A stretch of 64,000 nt of DNA, from positions 329,994-393,993 of the forward strand of contig JBFXEV010000001.1 of assembly GCA_050179755.1 (NCBI GenBank). Reading direction: 5' to 3'. Under the pieces are notes generated by a model that had not been told where the DNA came from, did not search any database, and was given only the letters and a program-made list of their open reading frames with translations. The position numbers and the translations under genes are program-made. Of the stretch, positions 20,446-30,163 are shown in pieces (within the stretch, counting starts at the first letter, position 1; every line of letters begins with the position of its first letter). This DNA is from Candidatus Babeliales bacterium. Its GTDB lineage: Bacteria; Babelota; Babeliae; Babelales; JBFXEV01.

Positions 20446-21342
20446 TTACTGTGGCATTTGAGTGTAATATTGCCGTACAGTATGTACTAATTGATCTCCC
20501 GATGACAGTTTATAAGCCTCTAAGCAGTTTTGACGCATTTTTTCTTCTTGTTCAAACGAAATACTTCTTACTATTTCATCCACCATTGCTACCTTTTTTT
20601 CTGGTATAAAAACACAACAAGATAACCAATCTATTTCTGCTGGTAACAGAGTGCCGTCTGCCAAAATGACCGGAATAGCGCCTGCTTGTAAACTTTCCCA
20701 AAATCGAATAGTGCTTACACCATAGCCACGAGGGCATAAAGAAAAACGCGAGCGAGAAAGAATGTCACGATATTCTTTATTATGCTCTTTATTTATAGTA
20801 CGAGCTCCCCAAGATGGTCTTTCCATAATTACCACATCTTTTGGACAAGGCAATTCAAAAATAAATGCTCTCACTTTTTGAGCTGATTGCGTGCCAATAA
20901 ATGAATAGAGAATATCTTTTTCTCGTGCAGGGCTCACACCATTTTGAGCAAAATGAGGAAACGGCAATAGAGTAATACCCTCATATATCATGCCCTCTGC
21001 TACATGAGGAGTAAAAAGTACCGTAATGCCTATTCTACGCAATGTAGGAATAATTTTTTCAAATTGAAAGTGCTGACAAATAGTAAAACCACCATCTAAG
21101 TACATATCAGGTATTTTATCCAACATGTTTTTCTTAATTAATATTGTCCACGGCAATGCAAGATAATGCACATCTTGTGGTAGAGGATCTGCCAGAAAGA
21201 TTTTATACGCATTAAACTCGGTAGGAACAGGCTCTTTAAGAAATAAATCAGTAAAATGCGCATGTATTTGCATGGCACCAAAAACAATGCCTTGTACTAG
21301 AAGCATAATACAAAGAAACACCCCATATATTAGTTGTTTCAA
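20446..21342 (-). CDS. Exostosin-family (GT47-like) glycosyltransferase
   Basis: LYSFIG, YRDILSRSRFSLCPRGYGVSTIRFWESLQAGAIPVILAD..LP..IDW; TTG start after GGGG. Confidence 0.85.
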   Translation of the reverse strand: MKQLIYGVFLCIMLLVQGIVFGAMQIHAHFTDLFLKEPVPTEFNAYKIFLADPLPQDVHYLALPWTILIKKNMLDKIPDMYLDGGFTICQHFQFEKIIPTLRRIGITVLFTPHVAEGMIYEGITLLPFPHFAQNGVSPAREKDILYSFIGTQSAQKVRAFIFELPCPKDVVIMERPSWGARTINKEHNKEYRDILSRSRFSLCPRGYGVSTIRFWESLQAGAIPVILADGTLLPAEIDWLSCCVFIPEKKVAMVDEIVRSISFEQEEKMRQNCLEAYKLSSGDQLVHTVRQYYTQMPQ

Positions 21343-21530
21343 ATTTTCCCCTTTATATATAAATAATTCCTACATTACTATTTTTTTTCCCACAATATTT
21401 TATAGTGCAATAATTAACACTATTGGCAGAATAACTTGAATTGCGAAACCTGAAATTGCTAACATTGAAGTAGCTTATATTTAATTTAACAACTTATACT
21501 TGAAACTCAGTTAACCAAAAAGAATAATCT

Positions 21531-22961
21531 ATGAAATCTTTTCGATCATTCACCCTTTTACTCATACTATATACTACCACGTCGCTTTTTAGTTATGAAC
21601 TACCATTTGTTATTGTAACCTGCTCTTACAATAATGCTGCCTATGTGCAAAAAAACCTAGACTCTCTATTTTCTCAAAAATATACTAATTTTCGTCTTAT
21701 TTATATAGACGATGGGTCTTGTGACGGTACTGCAGAATTAGTTGAAGTATACAAGCAAACCTATCATCTTGATAACTTTACTCTCATAAAAAACACACAC
21801 CATTGCTTGAAAGGAGAAAATATTTATAAGGCAGGGTATATGTGCAGCGATGAAGAAATAATAGTAATACTGGACGGTGACGATTGGTTTGCACACGAAT
21901 ATTCACTGGCATATATTAATAATGCCTACCAAAAAACAAATGCTTGGCTTTCATATGGTAAAGTACAATTTTACCCGCAAGGCAATGTAAGCAACGCAAA
22001 AGACTTGCCACTCGATATCATTGAACAACAATCTTTTAGAAAATATACCTGGGTGTACTCGCACCCACGTTCTTTCTATGCATGGCTTTTTAAATTAATT
22101 AAATTAGAAGATCAATTAACTAAAAAAGTTGTCGGCTTTGAAGGTAAATTCTTCCCTAATTACAATGATCGAGCAATACTCTACCCTATGCTTGAAATGG
22201 CCAAAGATCACATTGTTTTTATTAAAGAAGTTGGAGTAATTCAAAACTGTGAAAATCCAATTTCATCACATAATCCCAAAGAAGGGTTCACGCCAATAAA
22301 AAAGCAATGCAGCAAAGAAACGGTGGGGCAGCCAATAATGTATGCACCGATAGAGAATCCAATCCTTAATCGATTATATACTTATAAAAATGCCCATGCC
22401 GACTGCATTATTATTATTGAAGATATTACTAAAGCATCATCTACTCTTTGCAACGTACTTGATTTTGTCCAAAATCTTGATGCCATAATTATCGTATCGG
22501 ACGTGGCGGCAAATTTAGAAATGGCTCTTAAAAATATACCATCTTTCTATAAAATCATCAGCATACGGCCCCAAGAGTTTAATCTTCATGAAATATGCAG
22601 CAATAAACATCTTTTGCTCATGAATGACTCGGTATTATTAACTCATATCATTGATTGCTCCGCTATTATTTATGAACTTGAACGCACTTTTGCATATGCA
22701 TGGTATAACGACTTATCTTTAGAAAGTTGTGCTGCAAAAAAAATTCCAGCCCAACACATTGAAAACGGTTTATACGTCTGGCGATTCTTATACACTACCA
22801 AAAATAATATTCATATTAACAGCTTTAATGGGATGCTCTGTCGCACAAAGCATCTGCGCAAAGCTTTCTCTCATGCGCCCAACACCATACAAGAGTTACA
22901 AACTATATGGAAATCAAAAAAAAGTTCCCTCAATAAAATTGGCCTTTTTCATGAACATTAA
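21531..22961 (+). CDS. GT2 glycosyltransferase with second degenerate domain
   Basis: CSYNN, YIDDGS, LDGDDWF, RSFYAWLFK, YPMLEMA. Confidence 0.88.
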   Translation: MKSFRSFTLLLILYTTTSLFSYELPFVIVTCSYNNAAYVQKNLDSLFSQKYTNFRLIYIDDGSCDGTAELVEVYKQTYHLDNFTLIKNTHHCLKGENIYKAGYMCSDEEIIVILDGDDWFAHEYSLAYINNAYQKTNAWLSYGKVQFYPQGNVSNAKDLPLDIIEQQSFRKYTWVYSHPRSFYAWLFKLIKLEDQLTKKVVGFEGKFFPNYNDRAILYPMLEMAKDHIVFIKEVGVIQNCENPISSHNPKEGFTPIKKQCSKETVGQPIMYAPIENPILNRLYTYKNAHADCIIIIEDITKASSTLCNVLDFVQNLDAIIIVSDVAANLEMALKNIPSFYKIISIRPQEFNLHEICSNKHLLLMNDSVLLTHIIDCSAIIYELERTFAYAWYNDLSLESCAAKKIPAQHIENGLYVWRFLYTTKNNIHINSFNGMLCRTKHLRKAFSHAPNTIQELQTIWKSKKSSLNKIGLFHEH

Positions 22962-23096
22962 TTATATAATATTGATATTTATTGACTTTACTTCACGCTT
23001 TTTAGCATAGTATTAATGCTAACTTATTGTTAAAAATAAATCTGAAAGGAAATTTTAAACTTATTCAGATCAATGTACAAAATAATCAAGGAGGTA

Positions 23097-24038
23097 ATGA
23101 TGATCAACATTAGTTCTATTTCATTTAACTTACTTTTGCTCACTTGCAGTATTTTAATAAATTTACCAATAACCACGAAAACATTTTTAGTCTTTGGTGG
23201 CAAACAGGGATGGATTGGCGGGCAAATGATTAATATTCTTCAAGACCAAGGCCATGTAGCAATTGCTGCAGAGTCACGCCTTGAAAACCGCATTTCAGTT
23301 GAAAATGAAATAGTGCGCTTAAATCCCGATTGTATTATAAATGCTGCAGGAGTCACGGGTAGACCCAATGTTGATTGGTGTGAAAACAATAAGCAAGCAA
23401 CTATTAAAGCAAACCTTGTAGGAGCCTTAACCTTATTTGACATCGCTCATACTCATAACATACATGTAATTAATTTTGGCACTGGTTGCATTTATGAATA
23501 TAATGATACACACCCCATGTACAGCGGCATTGGCTTTACTGAAGAAGATAAGCCTAACTTCCAAGGGTCTTTTTATTCATTCACCAAAACCATGCTAGAT
23601 CAATTAGTACCATATTATCCTAATGTTCTCAATTTACGCTTGCGTATGCCTATTTCCGACGATCTACACAGCCGAAGCTTTATTACTAAAATCACTAAAT
23701 ATCAAAAAGTAGTAAATATCCCTAATTCTATGAGCGTGCTTCATGATCTATTACCATTAGTTCCTGTAATGGCTGAGCGTATGTTAACGGGGAACTATAA
23801 CTTTGTAAACCCCGGGGTAATTAGCCATAATGAAATTTTAGAATTATATAAAGAATATATTGATCCAGATTTTTGTTATATAAACTTCACCGTGGAAGAA
23901 CAAGCAAAAGTTATTAAAGCTGGTAGATCAAACAACGAATTAGATACCAGTAAGCTTCTTGCTGAATTTCCTTATATAAAACCGATTAAAGAGGCAATAA
24001 TTGGTGTATTTGAACGTATGCAAAAAAATCTTCCCTAA
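23097..24038 (+). CDS. NDP-4-keto-6-deoxyglucose 3,5-epimerase/4-reductase (NRS/ER, eukaryote-type L-rhamnose synthesis) with hydrophobic leader
   Basis: GWIGG, AAGVTGRPNVDWCE, TGCIYEY, FTEEDKPNF.GSFYSFTK, LRLRMPIS, FITKITKY.KVVNIPNSM, RSNNELD; AAGGAGG RBS. Confidence 0.88.
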   Translation: MMINISSISFNLLLLTCSILINLPITTKTFLVFGGKQGWIGGQMINILQDQGHVAIAAESRLENRISVENEIVRLNPDCIINAAGVTGRPNVDWCENNKQATIKANLVGALTLFDIAHTHNIHVINFGTGCIYEYNDTHPMYSGIGFTEEDKPNFQGSFYSFTKTMLDQLVPYYPNVLNLRLRMPISDDLHSRSFITKITKYQKVVNIPNSMSVLHDLLPLVPVMAERMLTGNYNFVNPGVISHNEILELYKEYIDPDFCYINFTVEEQAKVIKAGRSNNELDTSKLLAEFPYIKPIKEAIIGVFERMQKNLP

Positions 24039-24082
24039 AATAATTGACTTATAAATTTGCATTATTGCAAAAGGATTGCTTA

Positions 24083-24245
24083 ATGAATATTTATCACATA
24101 AAAGAAGCATTTCTTTGCTTTTTATTCTCTCAATTTCATTGAACTACAATCAAAAGTATTGATATTCACCTATGCTTATAATCGACCTGATTTTATTGCA
24201 GTACAAGATGCTACTTTTAAGTATTTTATGGAAAACAACCAGTAA
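24083..24245 (+). pseudogene. 5' remnant of a third 17136/18134-family gene
   Basis: Frameshifted leader, then KVLIFTYAYNRPDFIAVQDATFKYFMENNQ-stop. Confidence 0.8.
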
Positions 24246-24630
24246 TTTACTAAAATAATTCTACATGCCGCTTCAATCCTCTTGTTTAATTCCACTGTCG
24301 TCGCTCTGAATGTAGAGTTCAATTCCAAGTCATTAGTTAGACTCTACACGTGCTAACTGCCATCAACTGGTTAATGCGCACTTAAATTGACTGCCGCATG
24401 CCTTCTCTTGACATTAATTAATACAGTTTGTCATCCTATTAAAGAATAGAGATAGAGAGGCCGTAAAGCAAAAATGCTTTTCCTGCATATTTTGAATTTT
24501 AATAATATCATGCCTATGCTGCGCTTTTTGGTTATCTTGGCTACTATGAAATTTGAAGATTGGGCAAATTAAAACGATGTTGAAAATTGAGAGCTATATG
24601 TAAATTGGTAAAATATTATAAGGAGGGATT

Positions 24631-26022
24631 ATGAAGCATCAACTTATTTTTCTATTACTATTCGCTTCTTTAAAAACATATGCGGATTTTGAACCACAAA
24701 ATATTGCAGTAATTGGTACTGGGTATGTTGGGCTTATTACCGGAGCAGGCCTTGCCGATTTTAATCATCACGTTGTTTGTGCCGATATTGATCAAGAAAA
24801 AATTAAATTGCTCATGAATGGCGTTATTCCGATTTTTGAGCCGGGAGTGGATGAACTTGTTGCAAAAAATGTGGCACTAGGATCTCTCAATTTTACTTCA
24901 GACGTGGGCAGCGCTGTAGAAAAAGCGGATATTATTATTATTGCCGTGGGCACTCCAATGGGTGATAATGGACATGCTGACTTAACGGCATTAAAAGCGG
25001 TAGTAAAAACAATAGCTGACCATTTGAATGGTTACAAAATTATTGTAACTAAAAGTACCGTGCCAATAGGGACCTATAGACTCGTTTATTCAATGATTGA
25101 AAAAGCAAAACCTGATGCACAGTTTTCTGTGATTTCTAATCCAGAATTTTTGCGAGAAGGCTCTGCAATTCGTGATTTTTTTCAATGTAATCCGATAGTA
25201 CTTGGTGGGTATGATCAGAATGCACTTAATAAGATGAAGAATATATATCAACCTTTAATTAATAAAGGTACCAATCTAATTATGACTGATCCATCGAGCT
25301 CAGAAACTATAAAATATGCATGGAATGCATTTTCTGCAACACGTATTATGTATGTCAATGAGTTGGCTCATGTATGTAATGCTGTAGGTGCCAATATATT
25401 TGAAGTGGTAAAAGGTTTAAGTTTTAGTGAAGATTTACTGCCAACAAGTATGTTGCGTCCTGGCCCCGGCCTTGGCGGTTCATGCTTGCCTAAAGATACT
25501 AATGCGCTTGTTGCCATGGCGCAGCTTTATGGCGTTGATCTTAAAATTGTTACTGCAGTCATTGCAGCAAATGAGCGGCACAAAAACTTAATAGTAGAAC
25601 AATTATATCCTTTTTTCCACCGCAAAATGGCTGGTCGAACAGTAGCTATTTTAGGCTTATCATTTAAAGCAAATACAGATGACATCCGTTATTCTGCAGC
25701 AATAACTGCAATAGAGCGATTAACAGCTGACGATGTATTTATAAAAGCATATGATCCGCAAGCAATGGAAAATATGAAGAGGTTGTATCCTAATATTATG
25801 TACTGCCAATCGCTGGAAGAGGCGGTAGCTCAAGCAGATGCAATTCTGCTTCTTACAGAATGGGATGAATTTAAAAATGCAGACTTGGTCAAAATAAAAG
25901 AACTTATGACCAAGCAGACAATGTATCACAAGCCAGTAGTTGTTGATCCGCGGAATCTATGGAATCCAAGTGAACTTAAAGCACTTGGATTTGATTATGC
26001 AAATTTGGGCCGTGTAAAGTAA
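24631..26022 (+). CDS. ugd: UDP-glucose/GDP-mannose dehydrogenase family protein with signal peptide
   Basis: IGTGYVG, AVGTP, KSTVPIG, SNPEFLREG, KYAWN, GGSCLPKD, FKANTDDIR. Confidence 0.9.
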   Translation: MKHQLIFLLLFASLKTYADFEPQNIAVIGTGYVGLITGAGLADFNHHVVCADIDQEKIKLLMNGVIPIFEPGVDELVAKNVALGSLNFTSDVGSAVEKADIIIIAVGTPMGDNGHADLTALKAVVKTIADHLNGYKIIVTKSTVPIGTYRLVYSMIEKAKPDAQFSVISNPEFLREGSAIRDFFQCNPIVLGGYDQNALNKMKNIYQPLINKGTNLIMTDPSSSETIKYAWNAFSATRIMYVNELAHVCNAVGANIFEVVKGLSFSEDLLPTSMLRPGPGLGGSCLPKDTNALVAMAQLYGVDLKIVTAVIAANERHKNLIVEQLYPFFHRKMAGRTVAILGLSFKANTDDIRYSAAITAIERLTADDVFIKAYDPQAMENMKRLYPNIMYCQSLEEAVAQADAILLLTEWDEFKNADLVKIKELMTKQTMYHKPVVVDPRNLWNPSELKALGFDYANLGRVK

Positions 26023-26144
26023 TAATTATTGATACAAACTCTTGATTTTGTCAGCCTAATTTTTATAGCTTATATTTAATAAATAGTGAGATCAATCAAA
26101 AAAGATTTTAAATACAAACTAAAATTATATCCAAAAAGGCTACC

Positions 26145-27149
26145 ATGAAAAAAGGAATAATACGTATTTGCACTATCCTAGCTGCCTTACTTTTTTTTAT
26201 CTTACCTCAAGACTTTCAAGCTAAAGCATCATTATTGGAAAGAATCAAGAAAACGCACAATCAAAGATCTAAATATATTAACAAAAAAGATCAAAAGAGA
26301 AAGAAAAATACGCTTAAAAAAATAAAAAAAAGAGAAGCGGTTATAGTCCCGGATGAGGTAAGTACCTATTCAGAACTACCTTTAGCTGTTGTTATCTGCT
26401 CCTACAATAACGAAGAATGGGCAATACAAAATCTTGACTCTGTACTTACACAAAATTATTCCAATTACCACATTTACTATATCGATGATGGCTCTGTGGA
26501 CGCTACGCCCACAATAGTTAAGGAATACATTGAAGCACATAACCTAAAAAATAAAATAACATTTCTTCGTAACGACACTAATTACTTTAAGCTCTACAAC
26601 ATGTATCATCTAATCCAGACGTTACCCGATCAAGTCATTGTAGTAGAATTAGATGGTGATGATTGGTTCGCATCTCCTGGAGCGTTAAGCTACATAAATA
26701 ATCTGTATCACAATCGCAATATTTGGTTGACTTATGGAAGAAATCAAGAATGGCCTAGTGGTAATATTGGTTGGCATGAAGAATATCCTGAAGACGTAAT
26801 TAAAAATAAAAAGTTTAGAGAATATACCTATCATGCATCACAACCCAGATCATTTTATGCATGGTTGTTTAAACAAATTAAACAACAAGACCTATTCTAT
26901 AAGGGAAATTTTTATCCTGTTGCAACAGATGTGGCCTATATGTTGCCTATGTTTGAAATGGCTGGCCAGCGAAGCGCATATATCGGTGATATACTCTATA
27001 TACGAAATAGAGCTAATGTAATTAATACTGAAAAAAGATGGTCAATGGATGAAATTAAAGCTTTTAAGAAAGACATTCGCGCCAAACATAAATATCCTAC
27101 TCTGAACGCTCCAGTATTAAATGAAGGAGAAATAACGTATGAGAAATAA
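26145..27149 (+). CDS. GT2 glycosyltransferase with Lys-rich segment after the signal peptide
   Basis: CSYNN, YIDDGS, LDGDDWF, RSFYAWLFK, PMFEMAG. Confidence 0.88.
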   Translation: MKKGIIRICTILAALLFFILPQDFQAKASLLERIKKTHNQRSKYINKKDQKRKKNTLKKIKKREAVIVPDEVSTYSELPLAVVICSYNNEEWAIQNLDSVLTQNYSNYHIYYIDDGSVDATPTIVKEYIEAHNLKNKITFLRNDTNYFKLYNMYHLIQTLPDQVIVVELDGDDWFASPGALSYINNLYHNRNIWLTYGRNQEWPSGNIGWHEEYPEDVIKNKKFREYTYHASQPRSFYAWLFKQIKQQDLFYKGNFYPVATDVAYMLPMFEMAGQRSAYIGDILYIRNRANVINTEKRWSMDEIKAFKKDIRAKHKYPTLNAPVLNEGEITYEK

Positions 27150-28326
27150 TAAAATATTATTATCTGCTTTCTTACTCCTTCAATTGGGCGACTCTTGCCT
27201 TGCTGTAGCAAAAGAATCCCTCTGTATCTTATTTTTAGTTGATCAATTTCCCAGCCTACCTGAAACCTTTGTATTAAATCAAATTACTGGATTGATAGAT
27301 CGTGGGCATAATGTATATATCCTTGCTCGCTTACCTGAAAATGGCGAAATTGTCCATGCAGATTTCAAAAAATATAAGCTTGAAATGCATACCCACTATC
27401 AATCAAAAAGCTATGAGGACGGAATGCCTCCTTCTTTACAAAACATAGACCCCGATATATTATTTTGCCATTTTGGTTTACAAGGAAACTATGGATTACA
27501 ACTAAAGAAAAAATATTTTTCAAGAGCAAAGCTCATTACCGTTTTTCATGGATATGATATGAGTAGATTGCTTAACGAAAAGCCCGACCTCTATAAAGAG
27601 TTACTGCCTGCCTTAGATTTGGCGCTGCCTATTAGCCAAGCTTGGAGAAAAAAATTAATAAAAATGGGAAGCAATAAAAATAAAACAATAGTACATCACA
27701 TGGGCATTGAATGTAGTCAGTTCACTTTCCAACCACGCCAACTTCATAAGAATGAAACTATTGAATTTATTTCTATAGCGCGCCTTGTTGAAAAAAAAGG
27801 TATTCAGTATGCCTTGCAGGCCTTTGCACAAACAAAACAAGAACATTCAAATATACACTATACTATTATTGGAGACGGCCCATTGCGCAATGAACTGTTA
27901 AAAGAGGCAAAAGAATTAGGTATTAGTAACAACGTCTCCTTTCGTGGTTGGCAGGAAAGTCAACAAGTTGCCATTGCATTGAACAAAGCACATATAATGA
28001 TCGCACCAAGCGTGACAAGCGTAAAAGGTGACATGGAAGGTATTCCTGTTTCCTTAATGGAAGCAATGGCCACTGGACTACCAGTTTTAAGCACTAACCA
28101 CAGTGGTATTCCAGAACTCATTGATCATGGTATCTCCGGTTATTTAAGTCCAGAAAAAGATGTGCAACAGCTAGCTGCCAATATGCAATTTATGATACAA
28201 AACCCCGGACTATGGCCCACTATCGGCTTGGCAGGACGCCAAAAGGTAGAGAATGAGTTTAATATTATAACACTAAATGATCAATTAGAACAAATGTTAT
28301 TCAAACTAATAGAGGATAAAATATGA
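27139..28326 (+). CDS. GT4 glycosyltransferase, WcaL-like
   Basis: FPSLPETFVLNQI, CHFG, TVFHGYD, ARLVEKKG, DMEGIPVSLMEAMA, HSGIPEL. Confidence 0.9.
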   Translation: MRNNKILLSAFLLLQLGDSCLAVAKESLCILFLVDQFPSLPETFVLNQITGLIDRGHNVYILARLPENGEIVHADFKKYKLEMHTHYQSKSYEDGMPPSLQNIDPDILFCHFGLQGNYGLQLKKKYFSRAKLITVFHGYDMSRLLNEKPDLYKELLPALDLALPISQAWRKKLIKMGSNKNKTIVHHMGIECSQFTFQPRQLHKNETIEFISIARLVEKKGIQYALQAFAQTKQEHSNIHYTIIGDGPLRNELLKEAKELGISNNVSFRGWQESQQVAIALNKAHIMIAPSVTSVKGDMEGIPVSLMEAMATGLPVLSTNHSGIPELIDHGISGYLSPEKDVQQLAANMQFMIQNPGLWPTIGLAGRQKVENEFNIITLNDQLEQMLFKLIEDKI

Positions 28327-29174
28327 ATATTCGTGTTATAGCTATTATTAGCTGCCTATTGCCAATCTGGATGACCGCTCAAACACATACGGAAGATACC
28401 TTACAAAAAATTGCTAATGTCATCAATAGTATAAAAAAGCAGGAATTCACAGCTAATGAGCAAGAAACAATGGATAAGCTTACTGAGTGGCGTACAAAAT
28501 TGAGCAAAGATGAAACAATCATAGGCAATTACAGCATTTCACATATGGCACGAATCATCAGCATTCCTCACAAGCCATGGGGGCAAATTTTATTGAAGCT
28601 CACCAACGAGTTTCAATCTAAAATGATGCTAGAAATTGGTACCTGCATTGGAATGTCTGCTGCATATCTTGCAGCCGGAGCTCCTCAGGGTAAAATGCTT
28701 ACTTATGAAAATTTTGCGCCTATTGTTCCATTAGCTGAAGATACACTCTCATATGCAGGGGTTTCAAACGTTGAAATTTTGCTTGGTGATGTGGCAACAC
28801 TACTTAAAAATACAGTTTCAAAGGTTGACCCAATTGATTTTGTATTTGATGATCATATACATACAGAAAGGCCTGTACTTGAATATTTTAATATTATTTC
28901 ACCTTACTTAGCAGACCAAGCAGTTTATTTATTTGATGATATTATGCGCAATCCGAGCATGGAATCAGCATGGAATAAAATAAAGAATGATCCACGAGTA
29001 TCTATTGGGGTGACTCTGACACAAGGTATTTGCTATCATGATTTTGATCATGCAGTGCCTCGTCTAGGTATTTGCATTATTGATAATAAAATAAAAGAAA
29101 AATACTATATAGACATTAATCTAGATCGCTGTAATAATGTAAGCGTACAAAACAATCAATTAATACTAAATTGA
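28323..29174 (+). CDS. Class I SAM-dependent methyltransferase with signal peptide
   Basis: LEIGTCIGMS, IDFVFDDHIH, YLFDDI. Confidence 0.85.
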   Translation: MNIRVIAIISCLLPIWMTAQTHTEDTLQKIANVINSIKKQEFTANEQETMDKLTEWRTKLSKDETIIGNYSISHMARIISIPHKPWGQILLKLTNEFQSKMMLEIGTCIGMSAAYLAAGAPQGKMLTYENFAPIVPLAEDTLSYAGVSNVEILLGDVATLLKNTVSKVDPIDFVFDDHIHTERPVLEYFNIISPYLADQAVYLFDDIMRNPSMESAWNKIKNDPRVSIGVTLTQGICYHDFDHAVPRLGICIIDNKIKEKYYIDINLDRCNNVSVQNNQLILN

Positions 29175-29207
29175 ACAAAATTTATTTAAGCACAACAATC
29201 AAAATAC

Positions 29208-29247
29208 TTTAAAATGGGAGTGAATGTATAATTCCTCCCATTTTAAA
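29208..29247. terminator. Bidirectional intrinsic terminator
   Basis: TTTAAAATGGGAG...CTCCCATTTTAAA between convergent genes. Confidence 0.8.
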
Positions 29248-29258
29248 ATTTATACTTG

Positions 29259-30143
29259 TTACTTCCATAAAGCTGAAAAATGATGGATTGCCATTGTTTC
29301 TTTTTGCACCCATTTATACGGACCATCAGCCTTTTTACCCCAAGCATAGAAATAATTTTGTGGGAAAATTACATTAATGCCTTCACAATTTGCAAGCATT
29401 CTTTTTATTGTATTACCAAAATAAAATACACCGTTTCTATGAAATTGTTTTTTTTCATGAATAAAATTGTGCATGTCCTCAATAAGTGCCTTCAAAATTG
29501 GATGACCTTTACTAGAACCTATCAAGGCATTACAACAAGTTAATTTATCACCTTTCTCACAATCACGTAACCAGTTAAGCTCATGAATACCAGTGTAGAA
29601 ATCACACCAATGATGTAATAAATCAAATGGCTTAAGACACTCAAAGTCTACGTCAACGTACAATCCACCAAACCGATAGAGAATTTCATAACGCCAAATA
29701 TTTGCTTTTTCACCATAATTGGCTGCATTCTTAAATGATTCCTTGTTAAAGATATCAAAGGCTTCAAGATCCTCGTCAGTCCATAATTTAAATTCCCAAT
29801 CAGGATGCAATTCAATCCATGTCATTTGCAATTTTTTTAACTTTTCAGGCAAAGGGCTCCCTAACCAAATTTGATGAATTATTTTGGGAATTGTAACTTC
29901 TTTGCAACACTTAAATGGCTTTTTATCTTTACTAATGCGATTTACTTGTTGAGTATAAATATGTTTCAATAACTGCATATCATCAGAAGTATATGGATTA
30001 TTATTTAATAAATCATAATAATAATCTTCAAATACCGTAAACATAGCCTGATCAAAATCTTCTAAATAATATAAGTCAAAATTAAAACCATTAACCTCAC
30101 CGCTTAAAATAAACAGCAAGCTTAAAAAAAATTGTTTATTCAT
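29259..30143 (-). CDS. GT32-type glycosyltransferase, close paralogue of 11116..12045 without basic tail
   Basis: IPKIIHQIWLG, NYGEKANIWRYEILYRFGGLYVDVDFECLKPFDLLHHWCDFYTGIHEL identical to paralogue. Confidence 0.9.
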   Translation of the reverse strand: MNKQFFLSLLFILSGEVNGFNFDLYYLEDFDQAMFTVFEDYYYDLLNNNPYTSDDMQLLKHIYTQQVNRISKDKKPFKCCKEVTIPKIIHQIWLGSPLPEKLKKLQMTWIELHPDWEFKLWTDEDLEAFDIFNKESFKNAANYGEKANIWRYEILYRFGGLYVDVDFECLKPFDLLHHWCDFYTGIHELNWLRDCEKGDKLTCCNALIGSSKGHPILKALIEDMHNFIHEKKQFHRNGVFYFGNTIKRMLANCEGINVIFPQNYFYAWGKKADGPYKWVQKETMAIHHFSALWK

Positions 30144-30163
30144 AGCTGCTCCCTTCCTGTGCC

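Noticed and set aside
24300..24630. Possible ncRNA or riboswitch upstream of the first ugd
   Set aside because: No recognisable conserved motif or convincing structure by eye; an Rfam/Infernal scan would be needed
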